Part shown: piece after piece, positions 38,470 to 47,924 of the stretch
Layout: each line of letters opens with the position of its first letter
Position numbering within the stretch: the stretch's first letter is position 1
Origin: Gemmatimonadales bacterium
GTDB taxonomy: Bacteria > Gemmatimonadota > Gemmatimonadetes > Palauibacterales > Palauibacteraceae
Assembly (NCBI GenBank): GCA_037385645.1
Contig: JARRMU010000016.1
Span: 1-62,421, forward strand
Reading direction: 5' to 3'
Length of the DNA: 62,421 nt
The notes under the pieces: model-generated
Databases searched by the model: none
Told to the model about the DNA's origin: nothing
What the model saw: only the letters and a program-made list of their open reading frames with translations
Position numbers and translations under genes: made by a program

Positions 38470-39777
38470 GTGGCCACGAAGGTCGTCATGGCACAGCTCA
38501 GCCCGACCATGGAGGAGGGCAAGCTGATCGAGTGGAGGATCGCCGAGGGCGATTCGGTAGCCCAAGGCGACATCGTGGCCGAGATCGAGACCGACAAGGC
38601 CAACATGGACGTCGAGGCGATGGGAGCCGGCGTCCTGCGGAAGATTCTGGTGCAGGCGGGGGCGACGGTGCCGGTCGGCACGCTGATCGGGATCATCGCC
38701 GAGCCCGACGAGGATATCGAGTCCCTGTTAACGGAGGCCGAGGCGGGCCCTGCGGTGCAGGCAGCCGAGGAGCTCTCTGGCGTTCCGGATGAGGTCACGT
38801 CCGCAGGGGAGACCGCCGCTCCGGATGAGACGGCGGAGGTCGCGGAAGAACGCGCGTCCGCGACTGCACCGCCGGAAGGCGAGCCTGGGGCGGCCGAGGG
38901 GCGCGTAAAGGCGTCCCCCGTCGCACGGAAGATGGCGACGGAGAAGGGGATCGAGCTTCGGACGTTAGCGGGAACGGGCCCTGGCGGCCGGATCGTGAAG
39001 GCGGACGTCGAGGCGGCTCTGGCCGCTCCCGCCACGGCGACGGCAGCGGCTCCAGGCGCGACCGGAGCCGTCGGACTTGCGGTGGAGCCGCGCCTGCGGG
39101 ACGAGCGGGTCGAGGCGAGCCAGATGCGAAGGGCGATCGCCCGGCGGCTGACGGAGTCGATCGGACCCGTCCCGCACTTCTACCTGACGATCGAGGTCGA
39201 CATGGAGCGGGCGCTCGACATGCGCTCCGAGCTCAACGCAGGGGCCGAGGGCTTCAAGATCGGCGTCAACGACATCCTCCTGAAGGCGGCAGCAGAGGCG
39301 CTCGTCCGCCACCCTCAGGTCAACGCCTCGTGGGATGGGGATGCCATCCAGTTCCACGGCCGCGTGGACCTCGGAATCGCGGTGGCGGTGGAGGGCGGCC
39401 TCATCACGCCGGTCCTGCGGAATGCAGACAAAAAGGGGCTTCGGCGGATCTCGCTGGAGTCGGCCGATCTGATAGAGCGAGCCAGGGCTCGCAAGCTCCT
39501 CCCCGAGGAGTACCAGGGGGCGACCTTTTCGGTCAGCAATCTCGGGATGTTCGGGATCGAGGAGTTCACGGCGGTGATCAACCCTCCGGAAGCGGCGATC
39601 CTCGCCGTTGGCACGACCCGGGAGAAGCCGTTCGCCGAGGGAGGGGAGGTCAGCGTGCGCCGGCGCATGCGCGTGACGATGTCGTGCGACCACAGGGTCG
39701 TCGACGGTGCGATCGGCTCGGCATACCTGGCGACGTTCAGGGAGATGCTCGAGAATCCGCTCAAGATGATCCTCTGA
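38470..39777 (+). CDS. pdhC: Dihydrolipoamide acetyltransferase (E2)
   Basis: Lipoyl domain IETDKANMDVEA, peripheral subunit-binding domain SPVARKMATEKGIEL..L.GTGPGGRI, catalytic DHRVVDG. Confidence 0.9.
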   Translation: MATKVVMAQLSPTMEEGKLIEWRIAEGDSVAQGDIVAEIETDKANMDVEAMGAGVLRKILVQAGATVPVGTLIGIIAEPDEDIESLLTEAEAGPAVQAAEELSGVPDEVTSAGETAAPDETAEVAEERASATAPPEGEPGAAEGRVKASPVARKMATEKGIELRTLAGTGPGGRIVKADVEAALAAPATATAAAPGATGAVGLAVEPRLRDERVEASQMRRAIARRLTESIGPVPHFYLTIEVDMERALDMRSELNAGAEGFKIGVNDILLKAAAEALVRHPQVNASWDGDAIQFHGRVDLGIAVAVEGGLITPVLRNADKKGLRRISLESADLIERARARKLLPEEYQGATFSVSNLGMFGIEEFTAVINPPEAAILAVGTTREKPFAEGGEVSVRRRMRVTMSCDHRVVDGAIGSAYLATFREMLENPLKMIL

Positions 39778-39932
39778 CATCGCCGTAGGTGAGCTCCCGC
39801 TTCGGCAGATTCCGACGCAGTGGAAGGCTCCGGCGCATCGGGGGTGATGGCGCGGCGCGGGTCGCAGCGCAGCGGGAGTCTACGGATAGACAGGCACGGC
39901 AGGCCCGCGGGCCGAAACGAGTGAGGCGCTAG

Positions 39933-41348
39933 ATGTCCGAATGGTACAACGTCGTGGTGATAGGGGCGGGTCCGGGCGGCTACGTGGCTGCCATCCGCGC
40001 CGCGCAGCTGGGACTGAAGACCGCCTGTGTCGAGGCCAACGGTTACGAGGGTGGCCTCGGCGGCACATGCCTCAACTGGGGCTGCATCCCGGCGAAGGCG
40101 CTCTTGGAGAGCGCCGCGCTGGCCCAAACCCTCAAGTCACAGGGCGCGGAGTTCGGGGTCCGGCCCGTCGATGTCCAGTACGATATGAGCGCCGCGGTCG
40201 ATCGGAGCCGGGCGATCAGCGAGAAGCTTACCAAGGGGATCGGCTACCTCTTCAAGAAGAACGGCGTCGAGTCGATCTCCGGGCAGGGACGCCTGACGGC
40301 CGAGCGCGATGTCATCGTCGACCCCATCGAGTCGGGCGGCGAGTCCCGGATCCTGGACGCCCGCCACGTGATCATCGCGACGGGCGCCGTGATGAAGACC
40401 TTCCCCGGCTTCGAGCTGGACGGCGAGAAGGTGATCGGCAGCCGGGAGGCTCTCGAGCTCCGGGAGCTGCCGAGAAGGATGGTCGTCGTCGGAGCCGGCT
40501 TCGTCGGCGTCGAGTTCGCGGACGTGTTCAACGCGTTCGGCGTCGACGTCACCGTCGTGGAGGCGCTCGAGACGCTCGTGCCGCTCGAGGATCCGGAGAT
40601 CGGCAAGACGCTGGCTCGCTCCTTCAAGAAACGCGGCATGGAGGTCCGAACGGGGACGATGGTGAAGGAGCTGGACCGCGACGCGAGCCCCATGGTGCTC
40701 ACCGTGGAGTCCTCCAGGGGGGAAGAGCGGATCGAGACCGACCTGGTGCTGATGGCGGTGGGGCGCGAGCCGGTCACGGAGGGGCTCGGCCTGGAGGAGG
40801 CCGGTGTGCAGGTAGCAGACGGCTTCATCGCCATCGATGAATACTGCAGAACGAGCGCGGAGACGGTCTACGCGGTGGGCGACGTCGCTGGCCCGCCGAT
40901 GCTGGCTCACAAGGGATCGCACGAGGGTATCGTGGCCGCCGAGCACATCGCCGACCTCGCTCCGCACCCGATGCTATACGACAACATCCCGAGCGTAGGC
41001 TACTGTCACCCCGAGATCGCCAGCATAGGACTCAGCGAGGCGGCGGCGGCCGAGGCGGGCCACGACGTGAAGGTCGGCAAGTTCCCGCTCGGCGCCCACG
41101 GCCGGGCGCTTACCGCGGGCCACAACGAGGGTTTCGTCAAGCTCGTCGCGGATGCCGAGTACGGCGAGATCCTGGGCGTCCACATGATCGGGCACAACGT
41201 GAGCGAGCTGATCGCCGAGGCGGGGATCGCCCGGATGCTGGAGGCCACGCTCGACGAGTTGGCCGCCCATGCCCATGCGCATCCGAGCATGGCAGAGGCC
41301 GTGATGGAGGCAGCGTTCGTGACGCTCGGCCGCGCGATCCACGTCTGA
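39933..41348 (+). CDS. lpdA: Dihydrolipoyl dehydrogenase (E3)
   Basis: GAGPGGY FAD motif, redox-active GGTCLNWGCIPAK, C-terminal HAHPSMAE. Confidence 0.92.
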   Translation: MSEWYNVVVIGAGPGGYVAAIRAAQLGLKTACVEANGYEGGLGGTCLNWGCIPAKALLESAALAQTLKSQGAEFGVRPVDVQYDMSAAVDRSRAISEKLTKGIGYLFKKNGVESISGQGRLTAERDVIVDPIESGGESRILDARHVIIATGAVMKTFPGFELDGEKVIGSREALELRELPRRMVVVGAGFVGVEFADVFNAFGVDVTVVEALETLVPLEDPEIGKTLARSFKKRGMEVRTGTMVKELDRDASPMVLTVESSRGEERIETDLVLMAVGREPVTEGLGLEEAGVQVADGFIAIDEYCRTSAETVYAVGDVAGPPMLAHKGSHEGIVAAEHIADLAPHPMLYDNIPSVGYCHPEIASIGLSEAAAAEAGHDVKVGKFPLGAHGRALTAGHNEGFVKLVADAEYGEILGVHMIGHNVSELIAEAGIARMLEATLDELAAHAHAHPSMAEAVMEAAFVTLGRAIHV

Positions 41349-41463
41349 GGCACATACGCTCATACCGCTGTGACTATAACCGCTTTACAGAGGTGCTTTA
41401 CGTCTGTAGGCTCCGGTCGTACGAGGTCGCCGGCCCGTAGCCTCCGTCTCCGGGAGGGGGCTG

Positions 41464-42363
41464 ATGAGCGGTGATCGGGGACCGCTCGTGCACGTCGTAC
41501 GCGTGCCCGGCCTCCTGCCATACGAGGCGGGGCTGGATTGGCAGCGCCGCTTGGCGCGGGCCCGCATCGACGGCCGGCTATCGACGGATCTGCTCCTGCT
41601 GGTCGAGCACGAGCCGGTCCTGACGCTCGGCCGCGGAGCCACGGGATCGGAGTCGGGCCCGCAGGATCTCGCAGCGGGCGGGATTCCGCGCTTTGAGATC
41701 GAGCGCGGAGGAGATGTCACCTACCACGGCCCGGGCCAGCTCGTCGGCTACCCGATCCTGGATCTCGAGGGCTTTCGGAAGGACCTCCACTGGTATGTAC
41801 GGACGCTGGAGGAAGCGCTGATCCTTTCCTTGGGGATGCTGAGCGTGCACGGATTCCGGGTCGCTGACCACACCGGCGTCTGGGTAGGCGATGGACGCGG
41901 CCTGGACACCCTCGGGCGGGAGAAGGCGTCGGGCGGCGATAGGGATGCTGGGTACGGAGATGCCCGCGGCAGCGCTGCTGGAGGCGGGGCGGAAGAGACC
42001 GGCGACTTCGTCCGCCGGCGGATCGCGGCCGGAAGCTTGCGGAAGATCGCGTCGATCGGCGTCCACGTGAGCCGCTGGGTCACCTGGCACGGTTTCGCGC
42101 TGAACGTGAGCGAGGCGGCGCTTGGTCCGTTCTCGGCGATCATCCCGTGCGGAATCCGCGGCGTGAGCATGACGAGCCTCGAGACCGAAGGCCCGGCAGC
42201 CCCGTGGGAGGAGATCGTCTCAGCCGTGGAGAGCGGTTTCGGGAAGGCGTTCCAGACGCGCACGGTGAGATGGTCGCCGGGCGAGCTCGAACGCCTCGAT
42301 CTGGCGCTCGAGCGGGGCCCTCCGACCCGCCGGCCGGAGCCGGCTCTTCCGGACCGTGGCTAG
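41464..42363 (+). CDS. lipB: Octanoyl/lipoyl transferase LipB with an internal insertion of about 49 aa
   Basis: RGGDVTYHGPGQLVGYPI, RKIASIGV (catalytic Lys), HGFALNV and IIPCGI (catalytic Cys). 299 aa, against about 210-230 aa typical. Confidence 0.85.
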   Translation: MSGDRGPLVHVVRVPGLLPYEAGLDWQRRLARARIDGRLSTDLLLLVEHEPVLTLGRGATGSESGPQDLAAGGIPRFEIERGGDVTYHGPGQLVGYPILDLEGFRKDLHWYVRTLEEALILSLGMLSVHGFRVADHTGVWVGDGRGLDTLGREKASGGDRDAGYGDARGSAAGGGAEETGDFVRRRIAAGSLRKIASIGVHVSRWVTWHGFALNVSEAALGPFSAIIPCGIRGVSMTSLETEGPAAPWEEIVSAVESGFGKAFQTRTVRWSPGELERLDLALERGPPTRRPEPALPDRG

Positions 42364-43021
42364 ACTCTTCGATATCCTCGGCCCGACCATGGTAGGGCCC
42401 TCGAGCTCGCACACGGCCGGTGCCTGCCGCTTGGGCCTGCTGGCCCAGGCCATCCTGGGTGGGACGCCGGAGCGAGCGCGAATCGGTCTACACGGAAGCT
42501 TCGCGATGACCGGCGAGGGCCACGGGACCAAGCGGGCTATCGTTGGCGGCCTTCTCGGCTTCCAGCCGGACGATCCGCGCCTCAGAGACAGCTTCGCGGA
42601 AGCCGGAGAAGCCGGTCTGGAGTGCGCGTTCGAGGCGATCGACCTGGGCGAGGATGCGCACCCGAACTCAGCGCGCCTCGAGGTCTGGCTCGGCGCCGAA
42701 CGGACGAGGATCGTCGGATCGTCGATCGGCGGAGGACGGGTTCGTCTTGATCGCATCGACGGGTTGGATGTGAGGGTGACCGGGAGTCTTCCGACCCTCG
42801 TGGTTTTGGCCGACGACGTGCCCGGCACGATCGCCCTCATCTCCGGCATGCTGGCCGACCGGGGGCTGAACCTGGCGACGATGCGGGTGGATCGGACCGG
42901 TCGTGGCGAGCGAGCCCTCATGACGATCGAGGCCGACCACGAGATTCCGGAGGCTCTGGTGGCGGACCTCGGGGAGCAGGATTGGGTGCACTGGGTGCGA
43001 CGCATCTCCGCTTGGGCTTGA
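42356..43021 (+). CDS. sdaAB: L-serine dehydratase, iron-sulfur dependent, beta subunit
   Basis: FDILGPTMVGPSSSHTAGA, GSFAMTGEGHGT, and a C-terminal ACT-like domain. Confidence 0.85.
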   Translation: MARLFDILGPTMVGPSSSHTAGACRLGLLAQAILGGTPERARIGLHGSFAMTGEGHGTKRAIVGGLLGFQPDDPRLRDSFAEAGEAGLECAFEAIDLGEDAHPNSARLEVWLGAERTRIVGSSIGGGRVRLDRIDGLDVRVTGSLPTLVVLADDVPGTIALISGMLADRGLNLATMRVDRTGRGERALMTIEADHEIPEALVADLGEQDWVHWVRRISAWA

Positions 43022-43030
43022 GGAGGCAGG

Positions 43031-43807
43031 TTGTTCGGATCGATCGCTGAATGGTTCGAAGCGGCCGGCAGCCGCGGCTCCAGCCTGCCCCTGGCGGTTC
43101 TCAGGGCGGAGGAGAAGGAGACGGGAGCCGACGGCGACCAGATCCGGGAACGGATCCGGGAGACGCTGGCCGTCATGAGAGCGGCCGTTGATGAAGGTCT
43201 GCGCTCGAGCGAGCAGAGTCCAACCGGGCTAACGGGAGGGCGCGCGAAAAGGCTGGCCCAGGGCGGGCCGAGCCTGCTGGGTCCGGACTTTTCCGTGATG
43301 CTGTCGCGCGCTATCGCGACGCTGGAGGTGAACGCTCGGATGGGGCTCATCGTGGCAGCGCCGACGGCGGGCGCGGCGGGAGTCGTCCCGGCCGTTCTCT
43401 TCACCCTCGAGGGAAAGAGAGGTTGGTCGCCGGATCAGCTCATCGACGGGATGCTGGTCGCCGGCGGCGTCGGCGCGGTGATCGCCCAGCGGGCGTCGAT
43501 CGCCGGAGCGGGCGGTGGTTGCCAGGCCGAAACGGGAAGCGCGGCCGCGATGGCGGCGGCCGCGGTCACCTACCTGGAGGCTGGGGTGCCGGAGCAAGTC
43601 GCTCAGGCCGTGGCGTTCACCCTGCAGGGGATGCTCGGAGTGGGACGAAAGATGGATGTACGCTACAGGGAAACGGCGCTCGGCGGGCTGGCCTCAACGC
43701 CCGCCGGACAGGAGATCGCGCGCCGAGCCGGGATGTCCGAGCTGGTGCAGCTGCAACGACGAGGCTCGACGGCGGGCGAGGGGTCGGCCAGATTTGGACC
43801 GAGCTAA
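43031..43807 (+). CDS. sdaAA: L-serine dehydratase alpha subunit, lacking the conserved CDP...PC segment (possible pseudogene)
   Basis: APTAGAAGVVPA and GAGGGCQAETGSAAAMAAAA are present. After QGMLG the sequence jumps straight to VGRKMDVRYRETALGGLASTPAG. TTG start with a GGAGG RBS. Confidence 0.75.
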   Translation: MFGSIAEWFEAAGSRGSSLPLAVLRAEEKETGADGDQIRERIRETLAVMRAAVDEGLRSSEQSPTGLTGGRAKRLAQGGPSLLGPDFSVMLSRAIATLEVNARMGLIVAAPTAGAAGVVPAVLFTLEGKRGWSPDQLIDGMLVAGGVGAVIAQRASIAGAGGGCQAETGSAAAMAAAAVTYLEAGVPEQVAQAVAFTLQGMLGVGRKMDVRYRETALGGLASTPAGQEIARRAGMSELVQLQRRGSTAGEGSARFGPS

Positions 43808-43940
43808 GAGCGCCGCCGCGGCGGCTCCGGCTCGTCGGCAGAGGGGACTCCCACGGGCCTCGCGGGTAGCCCATTCACCGGCAAAGAAGAGAACGCTCAT
43901 CGGTAACGACGGTACCGGACATCGAGGAAGGAGTCGTTAG

Positions 43941-44090
43941 ATGGTGCTCATCATCCTGCTGGCGACCTCCCTGGTCGTGGGCGGATTCATCGCCCTGCTG
44001 GCCGGTATAAAGGGTCCGAAGGCCCTCGGCCCGGGCGTGGCCATGATGGCGGCGACCCTGGTCTTCTATGGCCTGGTGGCCCTCCTATGA
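43941..44090 (+). CDS. Small (49 aa) two-TM membrane protein, below the ORF-track length cutoff
   Basis: GGAAGGAG lies 7 nt upstream of ATG 43941. Translation is MVLIILLATSLVVGGFIALLAGIKGPKALGPGVAMMAATLVFYGLVALL. The stop overlaps the pepP start (ATGA). Confidence 0.55.
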   Translation: MVLIILLATSLVVGGFIALLAGIKGPKALGPGVAMMAATLVFYGLVALL

Positions 44091-45532
44091 GTCGGCTCAT
44101 GAGCAGGCCCAAGACCGGACCCGACCCGCGGCCCGCACGGTCGCTGAGAGCGCGCGTCGTATCTGGCGCGGCGTTCGGCTACCTGCTCACCTCACAGCTT
44201 TCGGTGGCCATCGCCCAGCAGGCAGAACCGTCGTGGGCAGAGAGCCGGGTACCGTCCACGATCGCGGTCTCGGCTCCTGGCGAGCCGATTCGAAACGCGC
44301 CCTCCACCTCCACCGCGGCCCGACGGGCCCGGCTGGCCGAGGAGGTGGGAGACGGCGTTCTCCTGGTTCCTTCGGCCACGACAAAGAGCATCGAGGGCGA
44401 CTATCCGCAGGATTCGGACTTCCGGCAGGACAACAACTTCTTCTACCTGACCGGGCTGGAGGTGCCCGACTCCTGGCTCGTGATGATCGCTGCCGGCGGT
44501 GAGTTACGCGCCCAGATCCTCTTCATTCCGGAGCGGAAACCGGCGGAGGAGATGTGGACTGGCCCGAAGCCGTCCTTCCAGGAGGCGTCCAAGCTGTCGG
44601 GGATCGTAGATGTACGAGCCGTCTCCGACTTCGAGGAAACCGCTGTCGAACCCCTCAAGCAGGATGCAGGCATCGAGGCCATCTACGCACCGCTCAACCC
44701 GCACAGCCGGCACGATCCGCATATCCAGACGCTGCTGTTCGAGGGTCGGACGGAGGTACAGGACCTCGAGCCGGCGCTCGCTAGGCTGAGGCTCGTCAAG
44801 GACCCGTTCGAGATCGAGATGCTGCGTCGGGCAATCGCGATCACCGACGGCGCCCATGTCGCAGCCCTGAGGACCGCACGACCCGGCATGTACGAGTACG
44901 AGCTCGAGGCCGTGATCGAGTACAACTTCCGCCGTGGCGGTGCGGAGCGAGTCGGCTTCCCGAGTATCGTCGGCGCCGGGCCGAACTCGGTCGTGCTCCA
45001 CTACGACAAGAGCCGCCGCCGGATGGAGGAGGGCGAGCTCGTCGTCATGGATATCGGCGCCGAGTACAGCTACTACTCCGCCGACGTGACCCGGACGATC
45101 CCGGTCTCGGGACGCTTCACGAGCCGGCAGCGCGAGATCTACGATCTCGTTCTGGGGGCTCAGGAGGCAGCGCTGACGGCAGTGAAGCCGGGTAATACCC
45201 TGATGGACGTCGAGCGCGCAGCGCGGGTCTATCTCCAGGAGCACGGCGCCGGGAAGTGCGGCCCGAAGAGCTGCAACGACCAGTTCCCGCACGGCGTGAG
45301 CCACTGGCTCGGCATGGATGTGCACGATGTCGGCGACTACACGGTGAAGCTGGAGCCGGGGATGGTCCTGACGGTGGAGCCGGGGATCTACCTAGCCGAC
45401 GAGAGCATCGGAATCAGGATCGAGGACGACGTGCTCGTCACCGAGAGGGGATACGAGCTGCTGTCGAGCGCGCCGCGCGATCCCGATGAGATCGAGGCTT
45501 TGATGGCGGAGGCCACGACCGTCTCGCGTTGA
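44087..45532 (+). CDS. pepP: Xaa-Pro aminopeptidase (M24B), secreted
   Basis: N-terminal signal-like region, creatinase-like N-domain, and M24 metal ligands in VVMDIGAEYSYYSADVTRT, HGVSHWLGMDVHD and VLTVEPGIY..IRIEDDVLVT. Confidence 0.85.
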   Translation: MSRLMSRPKTGPDPRPARSLRARVVSGAAFGYLLTSQLSVAIAQQAEPSWAESRVPSTIAVSAPGEPIRNAPSTSTAARRARLAEEVGDGVLLVPSATTKSIEGDYPQDSDFRQDNNFFYLTGLEVPDSWLVMIAAGGELRAQILFIPERKPAEEMWTGPKPSFQEASKLSGIVDVRAVSDFEETAVEPLKQDAGIEAIYAPLNPHSRHDPHIQTLLFEGRTEVQDLEPALARLRLVKDPFEIEMLRRAIAITDGAHVAALRTARPGMYEYELEAVIEYNFRRGGAERVGFPSIVGAGPNSVVLHYDKSRRRMEEGELVVMDIGAEYSYYSADVTRTIPVSGRFTSRQREIYDLVLGAQEAALTAVKPGNTLMDVERAARVYLQEHGAGKCGPKSCNDQFPHGVSHWLGMDVHDVGDYTVKLEPGMVLTVEPGIYLADESIGIRIEDDVLVTERGYELLSSAPRDPDEIEALMAEATTVSR

Positions 45533-45581
45533 CGGCGCTCAGCCAGGCGGCGGCGCTCCAGCCAGACAGGGGACGAGGACG

Positions 45582-47882
45582 ATGGCGGGCTTCACGACGG
45601 AGCTGCTCAGGCGACGCATTCCACAGATCCTCGGCGCTTATCTCGTCGCGTCCTGGGCGGTGCTGGAGTTCGGCGACTGGGCGGTGAACCGGTACGTCCT
45701 GTCCCCCTACCTCGTAGATTTCGCGTTCGCGCTGCTCGCCCTGATGGCCCCCAGCGTCCTGCTCCTCGCCTGGTTCCACGGCGCGCCCGGGCGCGACTCC
45801 TGGACCCGGATAGAGAAGATCGGCATCCCTCTCAATCTGGCCGTGGCCGGCCTCGTCTTGTTCAGCGTCGTCCAGGGGCGGGATCTGGGGGCCGCCACGA
45901 CGACGGTCGTGGTCGCCGATGAGGAGGGCAACGCGCTGCAGCGCGTCGTGCCGAAGGCGGAGTTCCGGCGCAAGATAGCCATCTTTCCCTTCGACAACGT
46001 CTCTGCGGACACGTCGTTGAGCTGGATGCAGTACGGGCTTTCCCTCGCCCTGCTTCTCGATCTGCGGCAGGACACCTTCCTCGAGGTGCGGAACGAACAG
46101 CATTTCTCGGAGCGGCTTCGGGAAGCCGGTTACGAGACGGGCACCGGGGTTCCGCTTTCCCTCAAGCGTGAGATCGCGGAGGAGCAGCATCGCGACTACC
46201 TGCTGGCCGGCACGGTCGACCGCTCGGAGGGCATGATCCTCGTCGATGCCGAGCTCTACGACGTCCGACGGGGCCGCCTGCTCGAGCGGATGACCTTGTC
46301 GGAGTCGGATCTGATGCGGCTGGTCGATTCGCTCTCGGTCCAGCTCAAGCGCGGTCTCGAGATCCCGGCGCAGCGAATCGAGGACACCGCCGACCTGCCC
46401 GTCGCGGAGTTGGTTACGGCTGTCGAGCCGGCGTTCCGTGACCACGTCGAAGGCTACCGCAACCTGGTATTCGGCGGCGATTGGCAGGCGGCGCTGAGCC
46501 AGTTTCAGGCTGCAGCGGAGCTGGACCCGGCCTTCGCGTACGCCCACTTCGGCACCTACATGACCGCGGTGCTCGGCAACCTGGGTCCCGTGGCCAAGGA
46601 AGCGATCAAGGCGACCGTGGAACACGAGTACCGGCTGGCCGAGCGGGACCAGTATGCGGCCAAGGTCGAGTACTACCTCATCGCGCGGCAGGATCCGGCC
46701 AAGGCGCTCGCGGTGGCGGAGATGCATGCGAACCTTTTCCCGGACGATATCGAAGCGCGCTTTCGGCTCGGGTACCTCTACACCGTCCAGAACGACCGGC
46801 CCGCCGCGATCAGGGAATACAAGCGGATTCTCGAGGTGGACCCATCCCAGCACGACATGCTGCAGGAGATCGGCGGGCTCTTCGAGTCGATGGGCGAGTT
46901 CGAGCAGGCGCTCGATTACTACGGCCGGTACCTGGAGCGGTTCCCCGACAGCGAGCGCTCGTTCAGAGTAGTCGGGGATCTGTACCGCCAGCTCGGAAAG
47001 CAGGAGGAGGCCCGCGACAACTTCGAGCGAGCGCTGGTCATCGAACCCGAAAACGTGGAGGCGCTGACCGCCCTTGCCCAGCTCGAGTATGCGGTCGGGC
47101 GACCGGAGGAGGCCCAGGCGCGATTGGCCGAGGCTTCCGATGCCGCCCGGACTCCGTTGCAGCGAGCGCAGGTATACGAGGCGCTCCGCGATCTTGCCGA
47201 GTGGCAGGGAAGGACGCGTCAGGCGATCCAATATCGAGCGCAGCAGATGGCGGAGCTCGAGGCGAGCACCTTCCCGCCGTTGCTCGCCATCGTGAATCGG
47301 CTCACATCGCTGGACCTGTTCGTACAGGCCGGGCAGGCCGGAGCCGCGTTGGACTCACTGGCGTCGATCCAGGAAGCTCTTGAGCCGCCCTGGGACCTGG
47401 CGGGCTCCATCGGAGAGGTCGTCGTCTACAGGGAGCTCGGCGATGCGGAGAGCCTGGCCCGTGCGGTGGAGAGGCTCGACCGGATGATCCAGGCGCTCGG
47501 TTTCGAGAACCTGCGCGCCGTCTCGGAACGAGCAGAGGGTTTGCTCATGGAGCTGCGGGGCGATTGTGCGCGGGCACTGGATCGCTTCGACGAGGCGCTT
47601 TCTCTCGAGCCGACCCGAACCGAGGTCCACACCGACATCGGCCGCTGCGAGCGGAAGCTCGGGCGGCTCGACGAGGCGGCTGTGAGCTTGGAACGGACAC
47701 TCGAGGTTCGACCGGCCGACCCCAAGGCCCTGCTCGAGCTGGCTCGGGTCAGGGCAGAGTCGGGCGACCGGGAGGCGGCGCTGGAACGGGTCGAAGCGGC
47801 GCTCGAGGTGTGGGCGCAGGCCGATCCCGGCTTCGAGCCCGCGGCCGAGGCGCGGGCACTTCACGCACAGCTCGACACCTAG
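45582..47882 (+). CDS. Membrane-anchored protein with multiple TPR repeats and a TolB-N-like periplasmic module
   Basis: Three N-terminal TM segments, KIAIFPFDNVS motif, then at least 8 TPR-like repeats. Confidence 0.55.
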   Translation: MAGFTTELLRRRIPQILGAYLVASWAVLEFGDWAVNRYVLSPYLVDFAFALLALMAPSVLLLAWFHGAPGRDSWTRIEKIGIPLNLAVAGLVLFSVVQGRDLGAATTTVVVADEEGNALQRVVPKAEFRRKIAIFPFDNVSADTSLSWMQYGLSLALLLDLRQDTFLEVRNEQHFSERLREAGYETGTGVPLSLKREIAEEQHRDYLLAGTVDRSEGMILVDAELYDVRRGRLLERMTLSESDLMRLVDSLSVQLKRGLEIPAQRIEDTADLPVAELVTAVEPAFRDHVEGYRNLVFGGDWQAALSQFQAAAELDPAFAYAHFGTYMTAVLGNLGPVAKEAIKATVEHEYRLAERDQYAAKVEYYLIARQDPAKALAVAEMHANLFPDDIEARFRLGYLYTVQNDRPAAIREYKRILEVDPSQHDMLQEIGGLFESMGEFEQALDYYGRYLERFPDSERSFRVVGDLYRQLGKQEEARDNFERALVIEPENVEALTALAQLEYAVGRPEEAQARLAEASDAARTPLQRAQVYEALRDLAEWQGRTRQAIQYRAQQMAELEASTFPPLLAIVNRLTSLDLFVQAGQAGAALDSLASIQEALEPPWDLAGSIGEVVVYRELGDAESLARAVERLDRMIQALGFENLRAVSERAEGLLMELRGDCARALDRFDEALSLEPTRTEVHTDIGRCERKLGRLDEAAVSLERTLEVRPADPKALLELARVRAESGDREAALERVEAALEVWAQADPGFEPAAEARALHAQLDT

Positions 47883-47924
47883 ACTGCCCCGAACCGGGGG
47901 GCGGTGTCGAGCCGCTCCGCACTC

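Noticed and set aside
47883-47924. Possible terminator hairpins in convergent gaps: 47883-47924 (CCCCG-AAC-CGGGG) and 53610-53669 (CCGCG-N11-CGCGG).
   Set aside because: The stems are only 5 bp, with large loops or no U-tract, so they cannot be distinguished from chance in GC-rich DNA.
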